64,000 nt of DNA, taken from positions 12,663-76,662 of the forward strand of contig JAILRE010000050.1 in the NCBI GenBank assembly GCA_024698505.1. Reading direction: 5' to 3'. A program made the position numbers and the translations under genes. The notes below the pieces were generated by a model. The model saw only the letters and a program-made list of their open reading frames with translations, was not told the origin of the DNA and searched no databases. The DNA comes from Clostridiales bacterium. GTDB lineage: Bacteria; Bacillota; Clostridia; Christensenellales; CAG-138. Positions 9,680 through 20,145 of the stretch are shown one piece after another (the stretch's first letter is position 1; the number at the start of each line of letters is the position of its first letter).

Positions 9680-11074
9680 ATGAGAAGTGAATTAACAATG
9701 GATAAAATCGTAGCTCTGTGTAAAAACCGGGGCTACATTTTCGCTGGGTCGGAAATCTACGGCGGGCTCGCCAACACATGGGATTACGGCCCTCTCGGCG
9801 CAAGGCTCAAGAACAACGTCAAGGAGACCTGGCGCAAGCGTTTCATTCAGGAGCGTCACAACAGCTTCGAGGTCGACGCCGATATTCTCATGCACCCCAG
9901 GGTTTGGGAAGCCAGCGGCCATATCGCAAGCTTCTCCGATCCTCTTCTCGACTGCAAGGAATGCAAGATGCGTTTCCGCGCGGATAATCTTATCGAGGAG
10001 TTCGATCCCGATGCGCATGCCGACAGCATGACGCATGAGGAAATGTTCGATTACATAAAGGCTCACCATATCGCCTGCCCCAACTGCGGCAAGCATAACT
10101 TCACCGATATCCGTGAGTTCAACCTTATGTTCCAGACTTTCCGCGGCGTTACCAACGACGCCAAGTCTGCTATTTATCTGCGTCCCGAAAACGCGCAGGG
10201 CGAGTACGTCAATTTCACGAACGTTCAGCGCACCATGCGCGCCAAGCTACCGTTCAGCATCGGCCAGATAGGCAAGGCTTTCCGCAACGAGATCACTCCC
10301 GGCAACTTCACCTTCCGCACCATCGAGTTCGAGCAGATGGAGTTCCAGACCTTCTGCAAGGAAGGCACCGACGCCGAGCTTTACGAGTATTTCAAAGAAT
10401 ACGGAATGCAGTATTATAAGGATCTCGGCATCGCTCCCGATCACCTCAGGTTCCACGATCACGAGAAGCTGGCCCATTACGCCAAGGCGGCCTGCGATAT
10501 AGAGTTCCTCTTCCCCTTCGGCTGGGGTGAGATAAACGGCACTCACAACCGCACGGACTTCGACCTCAAGCGTCATCAGGAATACAGCGGAACGAACATG
10601 GGCTATCTTGATCCCGTCACGAACGAGCGTTATATCCCCTACATTATCGAGTCCACCTACGGCCTCGACCGCACCGTCCTCGCCGTTCTCTGCGAGGCCT
10701 ACGACGAAGAGGTGCTCGACGAAGCGACGAACGATACGAGAGTCGTCCTGCACATAAAGCCCGTTCTCGCGCCGTATAAAGCCGCCGTTCTTCCCCTTTC
10801 GAAGAAGCTCTCTCCGAAGGCTATGGAGGTCCGCGATATGCTCTCCAAGCGCTTCATGGTCGACTTCGACGAGACCGGCTCCATCGGCAAGCGTTACCGC
10901 AGGCAGGATGAGATCGGCACTCCGCTCTGCATCACCGTCGATTTCGAGACCGTCGAGGGCGGCGAAGGCGTAGAGCCCGATACCGTGACCGTCCGCGACC
11001 GCGATACCATGGAGCAGATAAGGCTCCCCATCAGCGAGCTGGAGGCTTATATCTCGAAGATCTGCGAGTTCTGA
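9680..11074 (+). CDS. glyQS: Glycyl-tRNA synthetase, alpha2 homodimeric type
   Basis: EIYGG...DYGPLG, LRPENAQG, FRNEITPGNF, EFEQME, GSIGKRYRRQDEIGTP. Confidence 0.95.
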   Translation: MRSELTMDKIVALCKNRGYIFAGSEIYGGLANTWDYGPLGARLKNNVKETWRKRFIQERHNSFEVDADILMHPRVWEASGHIASFSDPLLDCKECKMRFRADNLIEEFDPDAHADSMTHEEMFDYIKAHHIACPNCGKHNFTDIREFNLMFQTFRGVTNDAKSAIYLRPENAQGEYVNFTNVQRTMRAKLPFSIGQIGKAFRNEITPGNFTFRTIEFEQMEFQTFCKEGTDAELYEYFKEYGMQYYKDLGIAPDHLRFHDHEKLAHYAKAACDIEFLFPFGWGEINGTHNRTDFDLKRHQEYSGTNMGYLDPVTNERYIPYIIESTYGLDRTVLAVLCEAYDEEVLDEATNDTRVVLHIKPVLAPYKAAVLPLSKKLSPKAMEVRDMLSKRFMVDFDETGSIGKRYRRQDEIGTPLCITVDFETVEGGEGVEPDTVTVRDRDTMEQIRLPISELEAYISKICEF

Positions 11075-11080
11075 CGAACA

Positions 11081-11122
11081 AAAAAACAATGAGCAAGGCG
11101 AACGCCTTGCTCATTTTCATTT
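11081..11122. terminator. Bidirectional intrinsic terminator
   Basis: AATGAGCAAGGCG-AA-CGCCTTGCTCATT flanked by A and T runs between convergent genes. Confidence 0.85.
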
Positions 11123-11128
11123 CGGTTT

Positions 11129-12034
11129 TTACTTTTCTATCAGCGGGTTGAATCCAAGGCCGTATGCCTCGTCGATCGTCGAGAGCATCACCATGGCGTT
11201 GGGGTCGGTCTTTTTGACTATCTCGCGAGTCGGGAACACCTCCGTCTTGGAGCAGACGCACATTATGATATGCTTGTCCTGCCCCGTGTAGGCGCCGACG
11301 GCCTTAAGGAAGGTGACGCCGCGTTCGGTAACTTCGAATATCCTGTCCTTTATCTCGTCGGTCTTGTCGCTTATGATGAGGAGCATCTTCTGCGAGCCGG
11401 AACCGTACATGATCTTGTCGATAACGAGGGAAGCGAGTATCGTCATTATGATACCGTAGAGCACGGCGTTAACGTTGCCGAATACAAGTCCGCCAATGAC
11501 GATTATCGCGCCGTCGATAAAGAGCGTTATGGAGCCCACGGACATATGTGGCTTCTTTTTTCTGATGCTCATTATCACGAAATCGCTGCCGCCCGTGGAA
11601 GAGCCGCGCATATAGATGAGCGCAAGACCGGCTCCCGTAAGTATGCCCGCGAATATCGCCGCTATGAGACGGTTGGCTTCGAGCATCTCCGCGCCGCCGT
11701 ATTTCGGGAAGAGGGGCATTATGAAGTCGCCGAATATCCACATGAAGAACATCGTCTTAACGGACTTAATAAAGAACTTCTTTCCGAGCAGCTTATAGCA
11801 GATTATCGCGATCGGGATATTGATTATGTTCTGGCAGAGGAAAAGCGGCATCCAGGGCAGATAGTGATTGATTATGATCGCAATACCGCCTACTCCTCCC
11901 GGGGCGAAATCGGCGTTGGAGGCGAAAGTATAATAACCTACCGCGTACAGAATGGAGCCTATGATATCATAGATCGTATCCACCGCGAAAAGCTTGATAT
12001 TTTCCTTTGTGAACCAGCTTTTTATCTTATTCAT
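11129..12034 (-). CDS. YitT family membrane protein (DUF2179)
   Basis: APGGVGGIA, GSSTGGSD, RGVT...GAYTG, DPNA...G.GF motifs; start at MNKIKS after an AAGGA RBS. Confidence 0.88.
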   Translation of the reverse strand: MNKIKSWFTKENIKLFAVDTIYDIIGSILYAVGYYTFASNADFAPGGVGGIAIIINHYLPWMPLFLCQNIINIPIAIICYKLLGKKFFIKSVKTMFFMWIFGDFIMPLFPKYGGAEMLEANRLIAAIFAGILTGAGLALIYMRGSSTGGSDFVIMSIRKKKPHMSVGSITLFIDGAIIVIGGLVFGNVNAVLYGIIMTILASLVIDKIMYGSGSQKMLLIISDKTDEIKDRIFEVTERGVTFLKAVGAYTGQDKHIIMCVCSKTEVFPTREIVKKTDPNAMVMLSTIDEAYGLGFNPLIEK

Positions 12035-12051
12035 CTTGATATCCTTTCGGC

Positions 12052-12819
12052 TCAGTAAGGCTTCTTCTGCTGACCGCACCACACGCGCATTACGAATTTA
12101 TGAGGAAGTATCTTTGTGAGGAACGCGTTGAACTGCGCGGTCCTTCCGCAGATCGAAACGTCCCTCCCCTTCTTCTTCATATCTTTTATCGCCTTCGTCA
12201 CAACGTCCCGGGATTCGGTATAGCACTGATAATAGGTGATGGTATCGTCGGATACGGCCGTATCGAAGAACTCGGTCCTTGTCCAGAACGGGCATACGGC
12301 GAGCGCCTTTATGCCCCTCGGCCTCAGCTCAACGTTAAGCGCTCTCGTGAAATTGAGCGCGAAGGCTTTGGTAGCCGAATAGATGTTGATATAGGGCGTG
12401 GGCTGGAAGGCGGCGACGGAACAGATGTTGTAGATCTTCGCGTTCTCCTTCATGAAGGGGAGCGTAACGTAAGTTAGCCCCACCATCGCGGCGTCGTTAA
12501 GGGCGATCATCTTATAATAACCGTCAAGAGGCGCCTTATCGAACTGCTTGAAATAGCCGAAGCCGCTCGCGTTGACGAGCACGGCCACGTCGGGCTTCTC
12601 GGCAATGAGCATGCGCTCGTATTCCTCGATGCTTTCCTTTTCCGAAAGATCCAGACATACGGGACGGATGAAGTCTCCGAGCTCTTTTTTCAGCTCCTCG
12701 AGCCTTTCCCTGCGTCTTGCGATGGCCCAGATCTCATCATATTTTTCGATGGCGGAGAGCTGCCTTACGAAGTCTCTGCCCATGCCGGAGGACGCTCCGG
12801 TTATAACGGCGATTCTCAT
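12052..12819 (-). CDS. Short-chain dehydrogenase/reductase
   Basis: ITGASSGMG, VNASGFG, YSATK catalytic motif. Confidence 0.9.
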   Translation of the reverse strand: MRIAVITGASSGMGRDFVRQLSAIEKYDEIWAIARRRERLEELKKELGDFIRPVCLDLSEKESIEEYERMLIAEKPDVAVLVNASGFGYFKQFDKAPLDGYYKMIALNDAAMVGLTYVTLPFMKENAKIYNICSVAAFQPTPYINIYSATKAFALNFTRALNVELRPRGIKALAVCPFWTRTEFFDTAVSDDTITYYQCYTESRDVVTKAIKDMKKKGRDVSICGRTAQFNAFLTKILPHKFVMRVWCGQQKKPY

Positions 12820-12841
12820 ACGATACCTTTCTTTACAATAA

Positions 12842-12876
12842 AGCGACCGCAAAGACGATGAGCCTCCGCGGTCGCT
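12842..12876 (-). terminator. Stem-loop downstream of ppdK
   Basis: AGCGACCGC...GCGGTCGCT inverted repeat; the T-tract is weak. Confidence 0.5.
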
Positions 12877-12895
12877 GAAGTCAATTCAACTAATA

Positions 12896-15523
12896 TCAGT
12901 TGTTATTGAGCTTCGCCTGCGCAGCGGCAAGACGAGCTATGGGTACGCGGAAGGGAGAGCAGGAAACGTAGTTCAGACCGATCCTGTGGCAGAAATCGAT
13001 GGAGGAGGGATCTCCGCCATGCTCGCCGCAGATGCCCAGCTTGATGTTGTGGCGGGTCTGCCTGCCCAGATCGGCGGCCATCTTCATCAGCTTGCCGACG
13101 CCGACCTGATCTATCCTCGCGAAGGGATCGGATTCGAAGATCTTCTTCGCATAGTAATCGTTCAGGAACTTGCCCGCATCGTCACGGCTGAAGCCGAAGG
13201 TCATCTGTGTAAGATCGTTGGTGCCGAAGGAGAAGAACTCGGCCTCCTTGGCGATCTCGTCGGCGGTGAGAGCCGCGCGGGGGATCTCGATCATCGTGCC
13301 GACCATGTAGGGGATCACGACGCCGCGCTCCTCCATGACCTTATCGGCGGTGGCGACGACGTAGCTCTTGACGTACGCAAGCTCCTTGACCTCGCCTACG
13401 AGGGGGATCATGATCTCGGGAACGATGTTGAAGCCGGTCTCCTGACGGACCTCGATAGCCGCCTCGATGACGGCGCGGGTCTGCATCTCGGCGATCTCGG
13501 GATAGGTGACGGAAAGACGGCAGCCGCGGTGACCCATCATGGGGTTGGACTCGTGAAGAGCCGCGACGGTCTCACGGAGGGTCTCATACTCGATACCCAT
13601 GGTCTTTGCGAGAGCGGCGATATCCTCGTCCTTGGTGGGAAGGAACTCGTGAAGGGGCGGATCCAGGAAGCGGATCGTTACGGGACGCTCTTCCATGGCC
13701 TTATAGATGCCCTTGAAGTCTTCGCGCTGCATTGGGAGGATCTTGGCAAGAGCCCTCTGACGCTCTTCGACGGTCTTGGAGACGATCATCTCGCGGACGG
13801 CGGGGATCCTGTCCTCATCGAAGAACATATGCTCGGTGCGGCAGAGGCCGATACCCTCGGCGCCGAACTTGACGGCCATAGCGGCCTGGGCGGGAGAATC
13901 GGCGTTGGTGCGGATCTTCAGCGTGCGGATGCTGTCGGCCCACTCCATAATGGTGGCGAAGTTGCCGGAAAGCTCGGCGGGAGCGGTCTTGATGGCCTCG
14001 GCATAGACCTTACCGGTCGTACCGTCAAGGCTCATCCAGTCGCCCTCCTTGACGACGAGACCGTTTACGAAGGTGATGGTCTTCGCGGCTTCGTCGATGA
14101 AGGCTTCCTTACAGCCGGATACGCAGCAGGTGCCGAGCTGACGCGCGACGACCGCGGCGTGGCTGGTCATACCGCCGAAGGAGGTAAGAATACCTTCGGA
14201 AGCGGTCATGCCCTCGATATCCTCGGGGCTGGTCTCCTTACGGGCAAGGACGACCTTTTCACCGGCCTCGTGATGGGCCTTGGCGTCCTCGGCGGAGAAA
14301 TAGACCTTACCGCAGGCGGCTCCGGGAGAAGCGGCGAGACCCGTGGCAACGGGAGTCGCGGCCTTGAGAGCGGCGGCGTCGAACTGGGAATGGAGCAGCG
14401 CGTCAAGGGACTTGGGGTCTATCATTTTGATAGCCTCTTCCTTGGAGATCATGCCCTCGTCAACGAGGTCGACGGCGATCTGCAGAGCGGCGGCGGCGGT
14501 GCGCTTGCCGTTGCGGGTCTGGAGCATGAAGAGCTTGCCGCGCTCGATGGTGAACTCCATATCCTGCATGTCGCGGTAATGGTTCTCGAGCTTGTTGGCA
14601 ACGTCAACGAACTGGTTGTAAACGGACTCGTTGATCTGCTTGAGGGACTCTATCGTCTCGGGAGTACGGATACCCGCGACGACGTCCTCGCCCTGAGCGT
14701 TCATAAGGAACTCGCCGAAGAGCTTCTTCTCGCCGGTGGCGGGGTTCCTGGTGAAAGCGACGCCGGTACCGGAATCGTCGCCCATGTTGCCGAATACCAT
14801 GCTCTGCACGTTGACGGCGGTGCCCCAGCTGGAGGGGATGTCATGCATGCGGCGATATACGATGGCGCGGGGATTATCCCAGCTGCGGAAGACGGCCTTG
14901 ACCGCCTCGAGAAGCTGAGTCATGGGCTCCTGGGGGAAGTCCTCGCCCTTTTCGGCCTTATAGAGGGCCTTATACTCGGTGATGAGCTCCTTGAGGTTCT
15001 CGGCAGTGAGATCCTTATCAAGGGCTACGTTGTTCTGCTGTTTCTTATTCTCGAGAAGCTTGCTGAACTTTTCCTTGTCGATCTCCATAACGACGTCGGA
15101 GAACATCTGGATGAAGCGGCGATAGCTGTCGTACGCGAAACGGGGATTGTTGGTAAGACGGGCAAGAGCCTCCACGGTCTCGTCATTGAGGCCGAGGTTG
15201 AGGATCGTATCCATCATGCCGGGCATACTGGCCCTGGCGCCGGACCTTACGGACACGAGGAAGGGGTTCTCGGTGCTGCCGAACTTCTTGCCGGCCTTCT
15301 CCTCGGTGATGGCGAGAGCGGCCTTGATCTGCTCGACGATCTCGTCTGCGATCTTCCTGCCGTCCTCATAGTAACGGGTGCAGGCCTCGGTGGTCACGGT
15401 GAAACCGTAAGGCACGGGCAGACCCAGCGTCGTCATCTCGGCAAGGTTCGCGCCCTTACCGCCGAGGAGATTACGCATACCCGCATTACCTTCGTTGAAA
15501 AGGTAAACGTACTTCTGTGACAT
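12896..15523 (-). CDS. ppdK: Pyruvate, phosphate dikinase
   Basis: LGGKGANLAEM, GGMTSHAAVVAR phospho-His motif, GIGLCRTEHMF, GTNDLTQ, ICGEHGG. Confidence 0.98.
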   Translation of the reverse strand: MSQKYVYLFNEGNAGMRNLLGGKGANLAEMTTLGLPVPYGFTVTTEACTRYYEDGRKIADEIVEQIKAALAITEEKAGKKFGSTENPFLVSVRSGARASMPGMMDTILNLGLNDETVEALARLTNNPRFAYDSYRRFIQMFSDVVMEIDKEKFSKLLENKKQQNNVALDKDLTAENLKELITEYKALYKAEKGEDFPQEPMTQLLEAVKAVFRSWDNPRAIVYRRMHDIPSSWGTAVNVQSMVFGNMGDDSGTGVAFTRNPATGEKKLFGEFLMNAQGEDVVAGIRTPETIESLKQINESVYNQFVDVANKLENHYRDMQDMEFTIERGKLFMLQTRNGKRTAAAALQIAVDLVDEGMISKEEAIKMIDPKSLDALLHSQFDAAALKAATPVATGLAASPGAACGKVYFSAEDAKAHHEAGEKVVLARKETSPEDIEGMTASEGILTSFGGMTSHAAVVARQLGTCCVSGCKEAFIDEAAKTITFVNGLVVKEGDWMSLDGTTGKVYAEAIKTAPAELSGNFATIMEWADSIRTLKIRTNADSPAQAAMAVKFGAEGIGLCRTEHMFFDEDRIPAVREMIVSKTVEERQRALAKILPMQREDFKGIYKAMEERPVTIRFLDPPLHEFLPTKDEDIAALAKTMGIEYETLRETVAALHESNPMMGHRGCRLSVTYPEIAEMQTRAVIEAAIEVRQETGFNIVPEIMIPLVGEVKELAYVKSYVVATADKVMEERGVVIPYMVGTMIEIPRAALTADEIAKEAEFFSFGTNDLTQMTFGFSRDDAGKFLNDYYAKKIFESDPFARIDQVGVGKLMKMAADLGRQTRHNIKLGICGEHGGDPSSIDFCHRIGLNYVSCSPFRVPIARLAAAQAKLNNN

Positions 15524-15591
15524 AAAGTTTCCTCCAAATATATTTCGTTTTTTTGTAACCTAATAAAAGTTCTCCGCGAGGGGAACGCTTT

Positions 15592-15620
15592 ATTATAAAA
15601 CAATAGAAAGGATTTTTCAA
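15592..15620 (-). promoter_or_regulatory. SigA-type promoter for ppdK
   Basis: On the minus strand, TTGAAA-17 bp-TATAAT. Confidence 0.7.
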
Positions 15621-15809
15621 GAGTAAGCTTTCTATATATTATGAAAAATTATACAAAAATCATATCCCTCGGGCGCGATTCTTTGCCATTTGCGGCCATA
15701 AACGGGTCTTATTCGGCAAAAAACGGTCAAATATATCATTTTGCGCGGCAGGAGAATATAGCATTGCGTGGAATAAAAACAAGGAATAATCTCAAGGAGC
15801 GCTTTACGA

Positions 15810-17600
15810 TTGGCATTTCCCGAGGCATGGCTTAATGAATTGATGAGCAAAAACGATATAGCTTCAGTTATATCGGAGTATGTTCAGCTTACTCCCAAGG
15901 GAGGCCGTCTTTGGGGGCATTGTCCTTTTCACGTCGACAAGACTCCTTCCTTTTCCGTAACGCCGGACAAGCAGCTCTTTCACTGTTTCTCCTGCAAGGC
16001 GGGCGGTAGCGTTATACAGTTCATAATGCAGGTCGAGAACCTTTCCTATATCGACGCTATCAGGCATCTTGCGCAAAGGGCCGGCATGGATATGCCGAAC
16101 GAGATAGACGACCGGCGGCTCATGGAGCAGAAGCGCAAACGCGAGCGCATCTACGAAGCCAACCGCGAGGCCGCCCTTTTCTTCTGCCGAGCGCTCTATT
16201 CGAACGAGGGCGCAAACGCCAGGCGTTACCTTGAAAAACGCGGCGTCAATTTCGAGACCGCAAAAAAATTCGGGCTCGGCTACTCTCCCGAAGGGTACGA
16301 TACCCTCTTCAATTATCTTACTTCAAAGGGCTTTTCAAGGGAAATACTTATCGACGCGGGCCTTGCCGTCGCAGGGCACAAGGATCCTTCCAAAACTTTC
16401 GATTTCTTCCGCGGCAGGCTTATGTTCCCCGTCATTTCGGCATCCGGCAAGGTCATTGCCTTCGGCGGCAGGACCATGGGAAACGACGAGCCCAAATACA
16501 TCAATACCGGCGACACGCCCGTCTACAACAAGCGGGAAAACATATACGCCATTAACCTGCTTAAGGGCAAAAAACTCGACGACGTAATAATGGTCGAAGG
16601 CTATATGGACGTCATCAGCCTGCATCAGCGCGGGATTGACAACGCCGTAGCTTCGCTCGGAACTGCACTTACCACTCAGCAGGCTAGGCTCATAAAGCGC
16701 TACGCTCCGAAGGTTTACTACGCTTACGACGGCGACGAAGCCGGTCAGAAGGCCATGATCCGCGGCATCGACATACTGCGGGCATCGGATATAGAGGCGA
16801 GAGTAATAATAATCCCCGACGAGCACGATCCCGACGAATTCATAAAGCAGTACGGGCCCGACAGCTTCCTTTCCCTCAAGGACGCGTCCATCACTGGCAT
16901 AAGGTTCAAGCTGGAAAGGATCGCCAAGCTTAACGGCACGGATACTCCCGACGGTAGGGAGAAATTCGCAAGAGAGGCCTGCGCGCTGCTTTCAAAGCTC
17001 GATCCCGTCGAGAGGGACAGATACATACCCCTCGTCGCCGAGAGGAGCGGATTATCGAAGGACACCGTAAAGGAGCAATGCGGGCTTTCCAAAAAAGCCG
17101 TCACGGGAGAAGAGCAGACCGCTGCGCGCTACGTCGGCTACAAGAGGCCTAAGACGGACAGCGAAAGGCTAAAGGCCGAAAAAAAGCTGCTCTCCTGCAT
17201 TATGGCCTCCGCCGATTACGGAAACGAGATAGGCAAAATGAAGGGCTTCTCGCTGATGCTGTTCTCGTCACCCCATCTAAGGGCATTCTGCGCGAGGCTG
17301 CTCACCGCCTATTCCGCCAAAGGAAAGGCGGATATCCCCGTAATGATGGCCGAGCTCGAGAAGGACGCCGCCGATGAGGTTTCCGGCGCTTACGCCGGGA
17401 TAAGCGACCTCGTCTCCCCCATCGCCTCTGCTGAGGAGATAATCTTCTCCCTGCGCAAGCAGAATATGAAAAGAGAACTCGAGGAGCTTTCAGCCGAAAT
17501 AAAGGAGCTCACCTCCCCCGAGGAAAAGGCCGAAGCCTTGAACAAGTATAAGGCGAAATACGCCGAATTCCAGAAGCTCTCCGCCGAGAGGCAGAACTGA
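15810..17600 (+). CDS. dnaG: DNA primase
   Basis: CPFH...CFSC zinc finger, FGGR, PKYIN, TOPRIM EGYMDVI and DGDEAG; upstream of rpoD. Confidence 0.96.
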   Translation: MAFPEAWLNELMSKNDIASVISEYVQLTPKGGRLWGHCPFHVDKTPSFSVTPDKQLFHCFSCKAGGSVIQFIMQVENLSYIDAIRHLAQRAGMDMPNEIDDRRLMEQKRKRERIYEANREAALFFCRALYSNEGANARRYLEKRGVNFETAKKFGLGYSPEGYDTLFNYLTSKGFSREILIDAGLAVAGHKDPSKTFDFFRGRLMFPVISASGKVIAFGGRTMGNDEPKYINTGDTPVYNKRENIYAINLLKGKKLDDVIMVEGYMDVISLHQRGIDNAVASLGTALTTQQARLIKRYAPKVYYAYDGDEAGQKAMIRGIDILRASDIEARVIIIPDEHDPDEFIKQYGPDSFLSLKDASITGIRFKLERIAKLNGTDTPDGREKFAREACALLSKLDPVERDRYIPLVAERSGLSKDTVKEQCGLSKKAVTGEEQTAARYVGYKRPKTDSERLKAEKKLLSCIMASADYGNEIGKMKGFSLMLFSSPHLRAFCARLLTAYSAKGKADIPVMMAELEKDAADEVSGAYAGISDLVSPIASAEEIIFSLRKQNMKRELEELSAEIKELTSPEEKAEALNKYKAKYAEFQKLSAERQN

Positions 17601-17632
17601 AGACCGTTTATAAACCAAGGAGGTTTACATAC

Positions 17633-18928
17633 ATGGAAGAAGAAAAGAAGGATCATCTCAAGCTTGTCGACGAGCTGATCGAGCGCAACAAGGATAAGGG
17701 CGTCATGACCTATAAGGAAGTCATGGACACGTTCGAGGACGTGGAGCTTTCATCCGAGAAGATCGAGAGCATTTACGACCGCTTTGAGGCCGCGAGCATC
17801 GACGTCGTGGAGGATATCGATATCAACGAGGGGCTCGATATCGACATTTCCGAGGGCGAGGTCGACCAGTCTCAGGGCGTTTCCGAGACCGCTTCCGACG
17901 CCATCGCCATAGACGATCCCGTCAGGATGTATCTGAAGGAGATCGGCCGCGTACCGCTCCTCACGGGTAATGAAGAGATAGAGATCGCCACCAGAATGGC
18001 CAACGGCAAGCCCGCCGAGACCGCGATACTCAATTTCGTAAAGGCGCAGACCGGCAACGATCACGAGGATTTCAAAGCGGCGATAATCGACCTTGCTGAG
18101 ACAAAGCTTGACAAGACCTTCAAGGATTACGCGGCAGCCGTCGAGGCGCTTTCCGAGACCGACGCCGCCATCGACCCAGCCATGCTCGAGCTTGCGGAGG
18201 ACGGCCAGTACGCAAAGAGCCAGCTTGCCGAAGCAAACCTCAGGCTCGTCGTAAGCGTTGCGAAGCGCTACGTCGGCCGCGGCATGCTCTTCCTCGATCT
18301 TATTCAGGAGGGCAATCTCGGTCTTATAAAGGCCGTTGAAAAGTTCGACTACCGCAAGGGTTACAAGTTCTCCACCTACGCGACGTGGTGGATCCGTCAG
18401 GCCATTACGAGGGCTATCGCAGATCAGGCGAGGACGATAAGGATCCCCGTTCACATGGTCGAGACTATCAACAAGCTCGTCAGGGTGAACCGTCAGCTCC
18501 TGCAGGAGCTCGGCCGCGAGCCCAGGCCCGAGGAGATCGCAAAGGAAATGGGCATTTCCGAGGACAAGGTCCGTGAGATAATCAAGATCGCACAGGAGCC
18601 CGTATCTCTTGAAACGCCTATAGGCGAGGAGGAGGATTCCCACCTCGGTGATTTCATAGCGGACGACGAAGCCCCCGCGCCCGAAAGCATCGCCTCCACT
18701 TCCATGCTGCAGTCCCACCTTGAAGAAGTCCTCCGAACCCTCACTCCGAGAGAGGAAAAGGTATTGAGGCTCAGGTTCGGCCTTGACGACGGCAAGACCC
18801 GCACGCTCGAGGACGTCGGCAAGGAGTTCAACGTCACGAGGGAGCGCATCCGTCAGATCGAAGCCAAGGCTTTGAGGAAGCTCCGTCATCCCAGCCGCAG
18901 CAAGAGGCTCAAGGATTTCCTCGACTGA
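17633..18928 (+). CDS. rpoD: Primary sigma factor SigA/RpoD
   Basis: [55 protein letters not shown]. Confidence 0.98.
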   Translation: MEEEKKDHLKLVDELIERNKDKGVMTYKEVMDTFEDVELSSEKIESIYDRFEAASIDVVEDIDINEGLDIDISEGEVDQSQGVSETASDAIAIDDPVRMYLKEIGRVPLLTGNEEIEIATRMANGKPAETAILNFVKAQTGNDHEDFKAAIIDLAETKLDKTFKDYAAAVEALSETDAAIDPAMLELAEDGQYAKSQLAEANLRLVVSVAKRYVGRGMLFLDLIQEGNLGLIKAVEKFDYRKGYKFSTYATWWIRQAITRAIADQARTIRIPVHMVETINKLVRVNRQLLQELGREPRPEEIAKEMGISEDKVREIIKIAQEPVSLETPIGEEEDSHLGDFIADDEAPAPESIASTSMLQSHLEEVLRTLTPREEKVLRLRFGLDDGKTRTLEDVGKEFNVTRERIRQIEAKALRKLRHPSRSKRLKDFLD

Positions 18929-18940
18929 TAAAAGGCATAT

Positions 18941-18982
18941 AAAAGCGCCCGATGAGATCTCATCGGGCGCTTGCTTTTTTTT
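18941..18982. terminator. Bidirectional intrinsic terminator
   Basis: Perfect 30-bp palindrome AAGCGCCCGATGAGATCTCATCGGGCGCTT followed by a T run. Confidence 0.85.
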
Positions 18983-19727
18983 AGACTCTTTTGGCTATCT
19001 CGACCGCAATATGGAGTTTTCTGAGATCGTGGTTCGCGTCGTACAGCTCTGCTATATCGTATTCCTCTCCGTCCAGCACGTCGCCCGCCTGCAGGAAGGA
19101 ATACAGCTTGAATCCGTGGAAAGAGCAAACCGCCGCAAGGCCCGCCATCTCCATCTCAACGGTAAGGCAGCCCTCCGAAACGCGCTTTTCGAGCTTTGCC
19201 CTTGTTTCGCGGTAGAACGCGTCCGTGGTCCAGGTTTTGCCAAGCACGCAAGGAATATTCAGCTCGTCGAATATCCGTGCCGTGACGGCGTTGTCCGGAA
19301 GCTCGATGTAATCGGAGGGCGGCGCGTAATGATAGGACATGCCCTCGTCGCGGTACGCGGAGGTCGGGATAACGTACCTGCCCCCTATCTTCCCCTTATC
19401 GAGCGCGCCAGCGGAGCCGAACACAACGAAGGACGAAGCTCCGGCGACGTAATTGACGTCGATGATCTCGGTCCCGGCCAATGCGGAGCCTACTGACATA
19501 GAGAACGCGCCTATCGTTTTGCCATCTGCCTCGAAAGCGTAAACAGGCACCGCGCCCTTTACCGATCCGAAGGAGGCCGCCTGACGATGTGGATAAAGCG
19601 CGAGCAGTTCTTCAAGGAGCTTCGGAGAGAAAAGGCATATGCAGACGTCGAAATAACTCCCCCGTTCCTTATAGATATCCACGGGGCCGATGATCGCCTT
19701 ATCGGTGCTGAAGCCGTCAGTGATCAT
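18981..19727 (-). CDS. Nucleoside phosphorylase (uridine phosphorylase-like)
   Basis: FGSAGAL, RDEGMSYHY, WTTDAFYRET, VEME. Confidence 0.85.
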   Translation of the reverse strand: MITDGFSTDKAIIGPVDIYKERGSYFDVCICLFSPKLLEELLALYPHRQAASFGSVKGAVPVYAFEADGKTIGAFSMSVGSALAGTEIIDVNYVAGASSFVVFGSAGALDKGKIGGRYVIPTSAYRDEGMSYHYAPPSDYIELPDNAVTARIFDELNIPCVLGKTWTTDAFYRETRAKLEKRVSEGCLTVEMEMAGLAAVCSFHGFKLYSFLQAGDVLDGEEYDIAELYDANHDLRKLHIAVEIAKRV

Positions 19728-19732
19728 TTTCG

Positions 19733-20041
19733 TTATCGATCGAAATAAAAATCGATGACCTTGCGTTCCTCCATCACTTTGCCGATATAGGCGAGGACCT
19801 TCTGATGCTCGGGATGATCGCGGTAGGTTATGAAGCCTTCCTTATCCGGGAAAGTGCATACAAGGCACATATCGGAGGAAGCGGGAGTATGCAGAACGTC
19901 TATGCCGACCTCGGCGGTGATCAGCGTGGGAACTTTGCCGATAAGGCCCATGAGACCGTCCTTGACGATCTGCATGTTTTCATCCTTAGTATGGCCGCAG
20001 GCTTCATCCTTGAAGCGCCAGAAAACGATATGCTTGAACAT
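19733..20041 (-). CDS. Dabb (stress-responsive A/B barrel) protein
   Basis: MFKHIVFWRFK...YRDHPEH; AAGGAG RBS. Confidence 0.85.
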   Translation of the reverse strand: MFKHIVFWRFKDEACGHTKDENMQIVKDGLMGLIGKVPTLITAEVGIDVLHTPASSDMCLVCTFPDKEGFITYRDHPEHQKVLAYIGKVMEERKVIDFYFDR

Positions 20042-20145
20042 AATTGTCATCTCCTTGAAATAATACCAATTATATAACGGACTGAGCAATTCTTTCAAGA
20101 GTTTTTTACGGGATACGGTCAAGAATAAGCTCTGGGAGAATCAAA

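Noticed and set aside
12986-15520. 844-aa ORF antisense to ppdK; similar long antisense ORFs at 10247-11089, 17750-18889, 23381-24439, 30035-31210, 33318-34871, 38818-39972, 42033-43472, 48433-49653, 52833-53987 and 62768-63811
   Set aside because: Shadow frames expected from GC-rich codon bias in well-supported genes; no family motifs and no clear RBS.
18943-18972. Perfect 30-bp palindrome as a mobile or REP element
   Set aside because: Single copy between convergent genes with A/T flanks; explained as a terminator.
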